64,000 bases of DNA from Octopus sinensis (GCF_006345805.1 NC_043005.1:28458001-28522000), one strand, 5' to 3'. Shown: positions 49,031 to 62,966, counted from the first letter of the stretch. Notes: generated from the sequence alone by a model not told the origin. Numbers and translations are program-made.

Positions 49031-49728
49031 GATTGGTTGATTGATTGATTCTAGTTTCAGCTCATGAGCTGTGGCCATGCTGGGGCACCGCCATTTGGTG
49101 TTGCTACTTGGTTTTACTTCACGAAAGCTTTTTAGCAACTGCCATTTGGTGCATGAGAGAGTTCGATGCAGCTGCCCTCATCTGCACCTCCTGCCGTGAA
49201 GTTGGTTCATCTGGGACACCTGACAGAAAGAGATCCAGTTCCATTTTAAAGATATCTGCATCCACCCCATGCAGGTCTCTCAGGTTCTTCAGGAGGATAT
49301 TGAAGAGCTGTGGGCCTCGGAAGCCCAGGCTATCACAGTATCTTGTCCTACATCTTGATGGCAAATTTGGAGTCCTAGGCACCACGCAGTGGCGCCCAGT
49401 TCTGGCATTTGTGTAACTCTCGATGCCAAAGTTTGGTACACGTCACTCCAGGATCTTCCAGATGTATATTATGGCATATCTTTCCCGCCTACGCTCCAAG
49501 GAATATAGTTTTAATCTCTTGAGTCTTTCCCAGTAGCTTACATTCTGCATAGAGGCTATCTTCTTTGTGTAGCTATGTTGGATCGCCTCGAGTTCTGTGA
49601 TCAACTTGACACTGGATGGTGACCATAACTGAGAGCAATAGTCAAAGTGGCTTAGGACAAGTGTCCTCCAGAGGACCATCATGGTTTCTTGTTCTCTTGT
49701 TCGAAAGGTTCTGAGAATCCATCTGGCC
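49030..49728 (-). mobile_element. 5'-truncated CR1-clade LINE (second subfamily) with (ATCA)n tail
   Basis: Translates to WILRTFRTREQETMMVLWRTLVLSHFDYCSQLWSP...SLGFRGPQLFNIL..LDLFLSGVPDEP; same subfamily as the 26128-26470 copy. Confidence 0.9.
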
Positions 49729-51138
49729 AGGAGAAGTTCCAGGTGTGGAAGAAGGTGTGGAAGGGCTTAGAATCGAGGGGCCTTAGAGTCAACCTAGCTA
49801 AAACCAAAGTAGTAATAAGTAGGATGGTAGACAATCCACAAATGTCTTCAGGAAGATGGCCCTGCTCGACCTGTAGAAAAGGTGTAGGTAGAAACTCTAT
49901 AAGATGTACCCAGTGTAAGCTATGGACACATAAGAGGTGCAGCAATGTCAAAGGAAGGCTAACTGGGAAGATAGTTTTTGTATGTGGCAGATGCTCGGGA
50001 GCATTAACCTCTGAAAATCTGCAGAAAACAACTTCCGTCACTTTCCAGGGGGAAAAACTAGAATTAGTTGATAGCTTCCGTTATCTAGGTGACCAAGTCA
50101 GTAGTGGGGGTGGGTGCATTGAAAGTGTAACTGCTAGAGTAAGAATAGCCTGGGCAAAGTTTAGGGAGCTCTTACCTCTGCTGGTGACTAAAGGCCTCTC
50201 GCTCAGAGTAAAAAGCAGACTGTATGATGCGTGTGTATGAACAGCCATGGGCCGTGACTGCTGAGGACATGCGTAAGCTCGCGAGGAATGAAGCCAGTAT
50301 GCTCCGATGGATGTGTAATGTCAGTGTACATACTCGACAGAGCGTTAGTACCTTGAGAGAAATGTTGTACCTAAGAAGCATGAGTTGTGGTGTGCAAGAA
50401 AGACGATTGCGCTGGTATGGTCATGTGGCGAGAATGGATGAAGATAGGTGTGTAAAAAAGTGCCAATCCCTAGCAGTTGAGGGAACCCGTGAAAGAGGTA
50501 GACCCAGGAAAACTGGGGACGAGGTGGTGAAGCACGACCTTCGAACTTTAGGCCTCACTGAGGAAATGACCAGTGACCAAGACCTTTGGAAATATGCTGT
50601 ACGTGAGAAGACCAGGCAGGACAAGCGTCCCAGCCCACTTATGCATGTCTTTCCTTCCTCCCTTGGACAACAAAGACCTGTTGAGGCAAGCGAAGTTTGA
50701 TATCGAACCATCATCCGATGACAGCACCCATGCCACCCCCTTTTGCTTGCGAAGATCTGTTGGGGCAAGTGAAATCGAAATTGAACCAATCCTATGACTG
50801 GCACCCGGCAGATGCCAGGACCCCTGGACTGGTGGTATGTAAAAAGCACTATCCGAATCGTGGCCGAAGCCAGTGCAGCCTCGACTTGTCTTCCGTGCCG
50901 GTGGCACGTAAATGCAACCAATCCGACCGTGGCCGTTGCCAGCCTCGCCTGGCACCTGTTCGGGTGGCACATAAAAAGCATCCACTACACTCACGGAGTG
51001 GTTGGCGTTAGGAAGGACATCCAGCTGTAGAAACATTGCCGATAACTGGAGCTGGTGCAGCCTTTGCTTCCTCAGATTCCCGGTTGAACCGTCCACCATG
51101 CTAGCATGGAGAACGGACGTAAACAATGATGATGATGA
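49729..51138 (+). mobile_element. 5'-truncated RTE-clade LINE
   Basis: Closely similar to 41210-42110 (GLRVNLAKTK, WPCSTCRKGVGRNSIRC, FRYLG, RLRWYGHV); 3'UTR with repeat units and (GAT)n tail. Confidence 0.9.
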
Positions 51139-53420
51139 TATGTATATAGTATATTATATATATATATGTAATATATAAGTTATATATATATGGTAATAGA
51201 TATATGTGTAGATAATGTGTATATATATGTGTATATATATGTTGTATATATAATGTGTATATATATATGTATATTATGTATATATATGTGTAATATATAT
51301 GTGTATATATATGTGTATATATATAGTATGTATATATGGATGTATATATGTATGTTATATATATGTATGTATATATATGTGTTATATGTTGTGTATATAT
51401 GTGTGTATATATATGTGTATATATATATGTGTATATATATATATGTATTATATATATATAATATATATGTATATATATATAATATAATATATGTGTATGT
51501 ATATATTTATATGTGTATTTATATCTATATATGTGTTGTATATATATGTGTATGTATATTGGGTATATGTGTAATATATATGTGTGTATGTATATATATA
51601 TTGTGTTATATATGGGTATATGTATATATATATATGTATATATGTGTATATATGTGTTGTATATATATGTGTATATATATATGTGTATGTATATATATGT
51701 TTATGTAGATATATGTTGTGTATATTATATATATGTGTGTATATATGTATATATATGTGTAGTATGTTATATATATATGTGTGTATATATGTATATATAT
51801 ATGTATGTGGTATGTATATGTGTGTGTATATGTATATATATAATGTGTGTGTTATATGTATATGTATTATATGTATTATTGTATGTATATATATGTGTAT
51901 GTGTATGGGTGGTGTATGTATATATATATGTGTGTGTATGTATATATATATGTTTTATGTAATATATGTGGTATGTATATATATATGTGTTATGTATATA
52001 TATATATATGTGTATGTATATATATATGTGTATGTATATATATATGGTGTAGTATGTATATATATATATGTGTATGTTATATGTATATATATATGTGTGT
52101 GTGTATGGTATATATGTGTGTGTGTATTATAATATATTGTGTGTGTGTATAATCATATATATGTGTGTGTGTATATATATGTATATGTGTGTTATGTATA
52201 TATATGTGTGTGTATGAGATAGATAATATATTATATATGTATGTGTATGTATATATATAAATATATGTGATATATATGTGTGTATGATATATAATATATG
52301 TGTAGTGATGTATATATTGTGTGTGTGAGTATGTGTATATATATATGTGTGGGTATGTTATATATTATTTATGTGTGTTTTTGTATATATATATATGTGT
52401 GGTGGTATGTATATATATATGTAAAATGTAATGTTTGTTGTGTGTATGATAATATATATATATGTGTGTGTGTGTGTGTATTATATATATATTTGTGTGG
52501 TGTATGTGTGTGTACTATGTATATGTATATATATAAGTATATATATATATGTATGTATGTATATATATAGTGTGTGTGTGTGTATGTATGTTATGTATAT
52601 ATAGTTGTGTGTGGTATGTATATGTTATGTATATATATGTGTGTGTGTGTATGTATATATATATAGTGGTGTGTGTATTTATATATATATGTAATATGAT
52701 AGTGTGTATGTATGTTATATATGTATTATGTATATATATATGGTGTGGTGTGTGTATGTATATATATGTGTATGTATATGTATATATGTTGTGTGTGTTA
52801 TATATGTATATATATGTGTGTGTGGTGGTATTTATATATATGTGTTGTATGTATTATATATGTGTGTGTATGTATAATATGTGTTCTGTATAATATATGT
52901 ATATATGTGTGTGTGTATAATATATATTGTGTGTGTATGTATATATTTTATGGTGTGGTGTATGTATATATGGTGTGTGGTGTATATATATATGTGGTGT
53001 GTATGTATATAATATTGTGTGTGTTATGTATAATAGTGTGTATGTATATATATGTTGTGGTGTATGGTTTGTCTATGTATTGTGTGTGTATAATGTATGT
53101 GTGTGTTGTGTGTATATGTATGTGTGTGTGTGTATATGTGTGGGGTGGTGTGTGTATATGTATGTGGTGTGTGTATAATATAATGTGTTGTATGGTATGT
53201 ACTTATATATATGTGTGTGTGTATGTATATATATGTGTGTGTGTATGTATTATATATGTGTGGTGTATGTAATATATATGTGTGTGTATATATAATATAT
53301 TGTGTGTGTATGTATATATATGTGTGTTGGTGTGTGTGTATATGTGTGTATGTATGTATGTATGTATATGTGTGTGTATGTATATATATATACACACATT
53401 ATACACACACACACACATGT
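51139..53420. repeat. Degenerate (TA/TG)n array
   Basis: Direct inspection. Confidence 0.9.
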
Positions 53421-53424
53421 ATAT

Positions 53425-55470
53425 ATAGGGTGAGAGTTAATGAAAAGAACAAAAGGTGAAGACAGGTGGTGTAGAAAACTAAAAGATGTATTAGTATAAC
53501 ACTCAGGATTTGAAAAAGTCTACGCTCTTCTCCAGAAAGGAACACAGAAAGAAGCAAGGAGAGAAAAAAATGTGTGTAGTGGTTATCGATCTATCATGGC
53601 GACTGCCGGACAGAAGGGTCACACAGGAGAGCGATGAAGTAGGGGAGATAAAGTAAAGATGATCCCCAAAACGAAGGTGCATGTATGTATAAGAGAGTAC
53701 ATATGTGCGTGTGAAAGAGGGCTGTTGGTCTTGACTTGTGTAGGTGTGAAAATATGGGGATGGGAATTGGTCAGTGCTGGTTCGTGGGTGGTGTGTTGTG
53801 CGATATGTAGTGTGGTGTGGTGTGATGTTGTTGAGAGGTGGGGAAAGCATGGGTGGGGTTAGGCTGTGGGCTGGGGTATGTCGGTAGGCAGAGGGTGGGG
53901 TTTATGGGTAGGCAAAGGGTGGGGGTAGAGATGGGGTATGTGGGAGAGGGTGTAAGGGATTGGATGGGAAGGATTGGGAATGTGGATTCGGAACGTGTAG
54001 GGGTAGGATGGGCTTATGGGGGTGGGTTGACGATGAAGGAGGAAGGGGAAGGTGGGTATGTGAGAAGAGAGAAAAAGAGTAGGGGTGAAGAAAAGTAGGA
54101 GTAGGCTCGTTTGAAGGAGGGGAGGGGTCGGTTAGGGAAGATGTGTGAAGTGGACAGGTCGGACTGGAAATGCTGGAAAGCTCAGAGAATGGTGCGTTGG
54201 AGAGGTAGGGTGGTAGGTGAGAGGAAAAGGGAGGTGGGAGACTATGGGGCGGGTTTGGGAGGAGAGAGCAGATGCACTGTCCATGGAACGTGCTCTAGCA
54301 AGGGCGGTGTGGATAGTGGTGAGGGGATACCCACGTAGGATGAAGTGTTGAGACTGAGTCTCAAAGTCATGGTCGTCACTACAGAACCTGCGTAGACGGA
54401 GGTATTGGGAATAGGGGATGGAAAGCTTGGTGTGTTTGAGGTGGGAGGAGGAGAAGTTGAGGTATGAGTGTCAGTCTGTGTGTTTGTAGTGGATGGAGAT
54501 GGTAAAAGGGGAGTGATGAATGCTGACCGAAATGTCAAGAAAGGAGACAGAGGTGTCAGAGATAGTGCAGAAGTGGAGGGCAGGATGGAAAGATTTGACA
54601 AAAGAGAGGAAGGAGTCTAGATGTTTGCGGGATAGTGAGGTGGCACTGATACAGTCGTCAATATAATGGCCATATAGTTCGGGAGTGGGACCAGTGAAAC
54701 TTGAGGATATTTGGGCCTCAACATAGCCAACGAACAGGTTCGCATAGTTGGGGCCCATTGTCGTTCCCATGGCTACTCCCGGACCTGCTGGTAGAAATCA
54801 CCCGTGAACGAGAAGCAGTTGAGTGAGAGGACAAGTTCAGCCAGACGAACGAGTGTGGAGGTGTCGGGTTGGGAATTGGGTTAGAGATCAAGGACGTGTT
54901 TCAGTGCACACAGCCCCTCGTGGTGAGGGATCACCGTGTAAAGGCTCTGGATGTCGAGAGTGAAGAGAAGTTTAGAGGGGCCAGGAGGGAAGGAGAAAGA
55001 GTTGAATAGACGAAGAGCATGGTTGGTGTTATGGATGTGAGAAGGGAGAGAAGCCACTAGGGGGGCAAGGACACGGTCGAGATATTTGGAAATAAGCTCA
55101 GTGGAGCAGTTACAGGCGGAGACAATGGGGCGGCTAGGGTTGTTAGTGTTTTGAATTTTGGGGAGGAAGTAAATGGTGGGGGTACGGGGTGTTTGGACAA
55201 TGAGGTTGGAGGTGGTGTGGGGGAGACGGGAGGACGAGATGACGTCATGGATGGTGGAGGACACCGTCTGTTGGTAGCTGGGCATGGGGTCAGAGGGCAG
55301 AAGGAGGTGTCATGAAGTTGGCGGAGAGCGTCGGCCTTATAGAGGTCCGCGCGCCATACCACCACGGCCCCACCCTTGTCGGTCGGTTTTATTATGATGT
55401 CAGTGCGGCGTCGGAGGAAACGAAGAGCCGAGAGTTCGGCTGGGGAGATGTTGAGACGACAGGGATGCCT
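53425..55470 (-). mobile_element. Penelope-like element, disrupted RT plus 3' terminal repeat
   Basis: DIIIKPTDKGGAVVVW, PTIYFLPKI, RPIVS, TLDIQSLYTVIP, MGTTMGPNYANLF, YIDD, FLDI, YKHTD, IPYSQYLRLRRFCS are typical PLE RT motifs. The 3' end (53425-53600) matches the dispersed ~180-bp repeat at 10490, 11370 and 25780. 5' side interrupted by a SINE at 55478. Confidence 0.88.
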
Positions 55471-55477
55471 GGAGATT

Positions 55478-55697
55478 AGCGAGCTGACAGAATCATTAGT
55501 ACACCAGGTGAAATGCTTAGTGGTATTTCGTCTACCACTATGTTCTGAGTTCAAATTCCACTGAGGTCGACATTGCCTGCCTTTCATCCTTTTGGGGTCG
55601 ATTTAATAAGTACCAGTTGTGCACTGGGGTCAATGTAATTGACTTAGTCCTTTTGTTTGTCCCCTCTATGTTTAGCCCCTTGTGGGCAATAAAGAAT
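55478..55697 (+). mobile_element. SINE family A, alternative tail, truncating the PLE
   Basis: gcgagctgacagaatcattag..ttctgagttcaaattcc..agccccttgtgggcaataaagaa. Confidence 0.8.
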
Positions 55698-56149
55698 GAA
55701 TTTAATATATATATATATATAGGTGCACAAACACTCACTCACATACACAATATATATATATATATAAGGATGTATGTAGCTGAGCTGCACCAATACTCAT
55801 TTGGGAAATTCACCTGTTCAGTCCTTGCCTGTTTTCCATCCCTTTGTCACTACTTTCGTTAATCAGCCTCTCAGGTACACTACACTGGACACATCATGCC
55901 TAATACATATCACATCTCTCTTTAGATCTACACTCAGCTGATTCTTTTGGAAACTGAGACAGACACACAAATAAATAACGGGAAAAAAGAAGAATGGAGT
56001 GCAATAGAGAACTGTTTGTTTACTGAGCCTGACATTTCGATAGGCAAAATTAACCTAGGTAGTATCTGAATTCAGTGAGCAGAGAGTTAGGATGCTTACA
56101 GCAAAGTAATGATTCTGCTATTCTGTCGGCTACCTATATGTATATCTAT

Positions 56150-57075
56150 ACAGGTATAGGCATGGCTCTGTGGTTAAGGAACTTGCTTCCCAACTATGTG
56201 GTCTCCGGTTCAGTCTCACTGTGCAGCACCTTGGGCAACTGTCTTCTACTATAGCACCTGCCTGACCAAAGCTTTGTGGTTGAATTTTGTAGGAGATTGA
56301 AAGAAGCCTGTTGTATGTGCATGTATGTATATGTGTATGTGCATGATCCTCTTGTCTTGATATCATATTTAGAATGTCACTTAGTATCACTGGCAGACGA
56401 GATGTGTTCATTTCCTGTGTTCCATGGAAAACCTGTCTGGTCATGGAGAAATATTATTGTTTGGAAACAGTTGGAGGGTGGTGACAGAAAGGACATCCAG
56501 TAGTGGAAAAATCTACCTCAACAAATTTTGTCTGACCTATGCAAACATGGAAAAGGGGACTTTAAAATGATGATGATAATGATGATGTTTAAATATATAT
56601 TTATATATTTCATCTTCATTGTAAATATCTTCCTTTTCCATGCTTGCATGCAATTCGTCTGACAGAATTCGTTGATGTAGATTTCCTACAAGATGCCTTT
56701 CCTGTCCCCAACCATCACCTATTTCCAAACAAGGTAATATTCCCCCCCCCCCACACACACACCCACACCCGTGAGCGGAGGGTGGGGGATATTACAAATC
56801 TTGTTTGCTGTTCATGCTCATTTACAACCTTCATGTGATGTCAAGACAAGGGGACAGCTATACTCGCACACTAATAAACACATACACACTGCGCGCGTGC
56901 GCGTGCGTGTGCGTACGTGATACACACACTCACAACAAACTTCTTTTAGTTTCCATTTATCAAAACCGCTCAATGATTTGGTCTGCCCAGATCCGAAGTG
57001 AGAAGTCACCCAAGGTGTTGCACAGTGGCACTAAATCCGAAATTGCTGGGTTGGGAAGGAAGATTCTTACCCACA
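56150..57075. mobile_element. Tail-to-tail inverted pair of SINE family B (RTE-type tails)
   Basis: + copy 56150-56585, - copy 56610-57075. Confidence 0.75.
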
Positions 57076-59260
57076 ATTTCTCTTTCTCTCTCATATATAT
57101 GTGTGTGTGTGCATATGTATACATGTCTATATAAATATGTATATATGTTGTGTGTGTGTATGTACAAATATATGTATGTATATATGTATCCGTGTGTGTA
57201 TATATATATATATAATGTACATGTATAATGTTTGTGTAATTGGGTTTGTATAAAGTATATATGCGTATATGTATCATGCATTTGTAGATATGTATGTAGT
57301 TGTATATGTACATGTTTACTAATGTATTTATCTTGTTTTAAATGTGTATGTATATAACTGAGTGTGGTGTGTTTGTATGTATATACATATTTCTATGTAA
57401 TGTGTGTGTGCAGTGTGTAGCTGATTAATTGCTACATCTAACCTTTCATTTCACGTTATTATTACAAAATATGTCTCATCCTTCGGTGCTCTTCGTATTT
57501 CTGTGTTTATGATAATTATGGTGACCAACAATATCCCAGAGAGAACTCTGAATATATTTCGTTCCAATATATATATTTTTTCTTTAATCTTTCTCTACCT
57601 GATGAAATATGTCGTATCTATTCCCAGTCGCTTTCATTCTTTACATAATGCCTAAATACACCTAAGCCTTTCTACATATAATAATATAAATGTTATTTGG
57701 GTATATGTCTGTGTGTACGTATGTAAAATGCTAACCAATTATATATGTGTATATGTTGATTATAAAGATCTCCGTAATATTTTTTTTCCTAAGTGGTTAC
57801 GAAATGGTGGGTCTGTTGGTAATTTATTATAAAGTGTCATTCAATACATTCTCATCTCTACGCTCTCTCTTCTCTCTCTCTTTCTCTCTCTCTTTTGTCG
57901 CATATACAGTGTCTCAGTGTGTGCGAGGTATGCGTGTATAATGTATGTACGGTGTGTAATGTCTATGTAGTGTGAGATCGTAATGTCATTGTGTCTGAGT
58001 GTAATGTCGTGTGTGATGTGTAAGCCACCCTTTATTCTCTTCTAATTAAGTCCCCCGCCGTCAGCTTCATTTCCTTCCTCTATAAATGTTCCCACTGTCT
58101 GCCCCACACTCCCCAACTTCCAGCCCATCTTGTATGTTACACCTTGGTCACTCGGTCATATAACGTTATATTTTCTCTCAATATGAACGTTTTATTTTTA
58201 AGTAGGAAGTAAAAACTGGATATACTGAAGACAGCGGTTATAGAATTAATACGTAGCTTGCCTATTATCTAATTTATCTGTTCATCTCTGGTATGATGTA
58301 TATATACACTCACACACACACATATCTTCTCTACTGCATCATATCCATAACAATATTAAATATAATAATAATGATGATGCTGTTGGTGTCGATGATCACT
58401 ATTACATTATGGTTTTTACCTTGTCTAATTCTCTTCGCCTCGGAAGATGTTGGAAGTAGATGTTTTCACGAACGATGTGAAAATGCAGGCGTATAACAAT
58501 GTCTAATGATTACTGTTATGATCTGAAGACTTCTACCTTCTTCCTCTCGCAATAATAATAGTAATATAATAATAATAATAATAATAATAATGTACGTATA
58601 AATTAATAGCGACGACGGTGACCATTACACACATATATATAATGTAATCAGCCTTCCTTCGGCAAGGTGGCTGATTCTGTAGCTTATATTCTTCTCACCG
58701 TGTAGTAGCAGAGCTACGTTCATGTGCCACTCGAAGTGCTAGTATGACCATTTTCGCATTGGTAGCAAGCTCTGGTGGTTCTACTAAGTTGTACCAACGC
58801 CTAGACAGTAGCCTAACCACTTTAACTACCTCTTTACCATCCATCAATCTTTCTTCCCTCATCAGCGTCATATAGACAACTATCATCTCCACACTGACGA
58901 CGACGTCATTTATTTTGTTTGTTCACCCTCTTCCTTGTCACTGACCACACATACATAATGATCTCTCTCTCTCTCTCTCTGCCTGTTGACATTATAGCAT
59001 CACAATAGCATTATATTTCGCCTTCCCCATCAAACATGACTTCACATAGAAATGACTTGTTGGTTTCCGTTATTCCAATCGTAAACATTTCTCTTTGCTC
59101 TTTCCAGCCAGACAATTCCTTCTTCTTAACACTTCCTCCCCGCCAGATATTTCACCTTGGTCTCCCCACCTGCTCTACATTATCTATTCACACACACACA
59201 CACGTTTAGTCTGAAATCTTACCATTATTATTTACCCTTGTCTTCATCTCGCTTCATTCC

Positions 59261-59312
<52 letters not shown>

Positions 59313-60469
59313 GATTGAAGAACCATTTCTTCTCTCAATGGAATCTCGTGAAAACCGACTCTCTAATTGCCATCACCTCTAAAGATATAACTATACCAAT
59401 GACAGCAATAAAATAGAACTACCATCACAATTTTCTGCTGTATTTTTCCTTGCTTCTTCCTCTCATAGCTGAGCGTATTTATTTATTTATTTGTATGTAA
59501 TTTCCGATCCGTTAATGTCTTGTGAGAATATTTTACCAATTCCAAGTCGATATAAAACCGAGGCTTGTTCCAACAAACATCTAGTATTTCATTCCGACAA
59601 TTATAAACCTTGCGATATTTCAGAAAATACAACTTTATATTTTCGACATCGTAAAATTGGATAATAATAAATAATTAAATAGCAATAGACCGTTTAATAA
59701 AAAAAAAAAAAAAAAATTCTAAATTATGTGGTGGTGCTCTCTACCTATCTGTCTGTATATATGTATATATATTATATTGTGGTGTGATAAGCGAGGAAAT
59801 AAAGCATATCGCACACAGTTATGAGATTAGTTATAGAAAAGAAAGATATTAAATAAAAGGTGGCATATTATGTAATGAGGTAGTTGTTAGTTGGAGTAAA
59901 TGCTATTAAATGAGCTTTGTTTATCATGTTCTGGGTGTGTGTGATGATGATGTACATAACGATATTAATTAAAAGGTCGCTTTCTTATATATGTTTTGTA
60001 TGTATGTGTGATATGATATTAAACGAAAGGTCGATTTATTAACTGTGCATGTATGTGGGATATAATGATACGAAAGGTCGGTTTAAGTGTGTGTATATTA
60101 ACGGTAGGAAAGGTCGCCTTAGGTGTGTATGTGGTAATCCATGTTTTTTCTTAAACATTTAATAAAATTTGTGTTCCTTCTTGTTATATGGATATGAAAA
60201 TGGTATTTATTATTGTACGTATGTTTCAGATTGCCTATGTTGTTACGTGTGTGTGTGGGTATCTCGCGTATCGTTAAATATACGTCGATGATGATGACAG
60301 TATATAGTAATTTAGACACATATATCTTTAACAAAAACATATAAACTACGCATACGTATATACAGGTACACGCGCGCGCTCATGAACTTGTATGTTATAT
60401 GTATGTATCGCGCACGCACTCATACACATATACTCCTACTCACTCGAAGGGGATTTTTAGCCTTACGAG

Positions 60470-60913
60470 TTAAACGATCTCACTAGTGCTGGTGTCACCA
60501 AACGGAAGAAAAAGAGACTCCGTACATGCTGTAAATTGGATGGCGTCAAGAAGGGCCTCCAGCCATAGAAATCAGGCCAAAGCAGACACTGGAGCACAGT
60601 ACTATCCTCAGACCCGCCAAGTCCTGTCCAACACATGCCAGCATAGAACGCGGACATTTAATGATGATGGTGATGAAGACATGTATTTGTGTGTTCGTGT
60701 CTTTTAGTTTTCGTATCATATATTTGTAAACAAGCATCGCTGTCATACAAACTGTTATTCATTTCCAACCTTCAACAAAAACATGTCTAGCCATGGGGAA
60801 ATTATTACCTTACTTGGAAATAAGTGAGGCTTGGTGACAGGGCACTTAGCTGTAGAAAATCTACCTGAACACTATGCAAGCATGCAAAAGTGTATATTAA
60901 AACGATGATGATG

Positions 60914-60958
<45 letters not shown>

Positions 60959-61115
60959 CATGACTGTAGTTAAGAAGCTTGCTTCACAGCCATGTGGGCT
61001 TGGATTCAGTCCCACTGCAAAGTACATTGGGCAAGTGTCTTCCATTATAGCTCCAGACTGACCAATGGCTTGTGAGTGAATTTGGTTGATGGAAACTGTG
61101 AAGAAGCCTGTTTGA
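60470..61115 (+). mobile_element. RTE 3' tail (60470-60680) followed by SINE B body (60690-60912) and SINE B head (60950-61115)
   Basis: Matches to the family consensi above. Confidence 0.65.
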
Positions 61116-61479
61116 TATATATATATATATACAAACCTGGTGCCATCCACAATTGGGGTATATTTCTGCAGGATGACACCAGGTAGCCCAAACTGTGAAC
61201 GTGCTTTACTCAACACTAACTGACCTAAAAATTACATGTATAAATATATATGTACATATGTATGTCTCTATGCATGTGTATATACAAATGCCTATACTTC
61301 TTAATATGTGAATGCAATATATTTATACATGCATATATATATATATATATATTCATACAAGCATGCATATAAATAATAAAGTACACATACTTTCCCCACT
61401 GCTGTACAGACATATGCATGCATTTCCAGTCTGCTATAATTTTCATTAAAGTATTATACTGTAATATGTTGAGATTAAA

Positions 61480-62070
61480 TGTGATTTTTTTTTGTGTTGT
61501 TTCGGAGGGAAGGGTTTAAAGTTTCAAAGGATTTATGTAGTAACTGACAAGGTTTTTGGTTGCCAGAGTAATGTTTGGAGAAGGAGAGTATTTTTCAGTT
61601 TATGTTAAAAGGGTTTTGTTTTGTTATCTTTTAGTGACCAGATGTATTATGATAGGGTTGTATCATTTCTGTTATAATTACAGAATGTGTATGTGCTGTT
61701 ATACCAGTTTTTTTAAATGTGTTGACTGCAAGAAGAATGTTTTAGATTTGAAGAGTTAGTGTGGAAAGTAATCAAGTGAACTAATTTTTTGACCAAGCAC
61801 TTTCAGTCTAAGGAGTATATATTCCGGTCAGTGTGTTTGCATGTAGGCTGGTCAGTATTTTGTGAAGAAAGTTGGTTTATTAATGTCTGTTAATATTTGT
61901 TTGGAATTTGTTAATGGCAGAGCAAGATAATTTAATATTTTTACTCTTAAGAAGGTTGTGGTATTTGTGTGTGGGTGGAAAATATATGTGTAGGAGGTTA
62001 AAGAATATTTTGGCAGTTGGAGTACCTACTTATAGGTAGAAGTGGGGGTTGAACCAGATTATTTTCTCCA
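61480..62070 (-). mobile_element. Degenerate PLE linker/GIY-YIG fragment
   Basis: Minus strand reads RKIIWFNPHFY..IFFNLLHIYFPPTHKYHNLLKSKNIKLSCS..., resembling the PLE RKIIWFNPP..FLxLIDKHFP..HKLHKIFNRNTVKVSYS region, followed by SLD*KCLVKKLV. Confidence 0.65.
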
Positions 62071-62909
62071 TTAAGTATATAATGTCTGTGAGCTTGTTTC
62101 TGTTTATATATAAATGTATGTATGTTTGTTTATATATTTGGTCATATAACTTAATAACTTACATTTTTCCTTATTCCATCCTTGTCTATTTGGTGGAAAG
62201 CAACTATCCTAAAACTTTTTGAACCACAACATAGTAGCTAACCTTTAGGAATGTAGGAACTGAACTTCCCTCTAAAAATATTAACTTCAATCTTTTGAAC
62301 CAGAATGAAGGCAGTCCCTACAGTTAAACCTTCCTCTAAAAATTCCAATCCAGTTCCAAGTTAGTGCTATGCATTCAAGGAGAGCAAGACAACCCATCCC
62401 TCTAAAAACTACAAACCTTTTATACACCTCATTGTTATGAACAGTCCATCCTGGGATGAAACTCAGATTTGACTACTGACTTTTGGTGCAATGAACCTAT
62501 GTTCATGTATGTGTGTGTGTGTGTGTCATATAATTATCTTTTAATGTTCATCTTGCATTTGACAGGATCAAATAGTTCTAAAGACTGCATTATGCTCCAA
62601 TGTCTGATTTGGCATGGTTTCTATGCTTGGATGACCTCCCGAATGCCAACCACTTTTCAATGTGTCCCGACTGCATTTTTTTTTATGACACCAGCCCTAA
62701 TGAGGTTCCCAAGCAGCTTCCATGACTTAGAACACCTTCAAATGAGTGAGCTGCTGTAGAAAGAAAGACAAATTTATGCCTAGAAATGTAGTATTAAAGA
62801 GGAAGGGCCCGAGACAGAAGTGGTTTCTTGTTGAGAAGGAGGTTCATGACTATTCACATTACAGAAGAGTGGGTGAGAGTAACTGACATGGAACTAGAAA
62901 GAGAGAAAA

Positions 62910-62933
62910 AATATATATATGTATATATGTTTG

Positions 62934-62966
<33 letters not shown>

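Noticed and set aside
46928-53459. Dozens of YI/MY/CV-rich ORFs (also near 5.7, 29.5, 38.5 and 63 kb)
   Set aside because: Translations of (TA)n/(TG)n/(TCTA)n microsatellites; no coding signal.
58440-58496. HERC peptide as a possible second half of the DGK C1 domain
   Set aside because: Lacks the expected VCNF..HxxC...C context and a suitable phase-1 acceptor; a stop follows.
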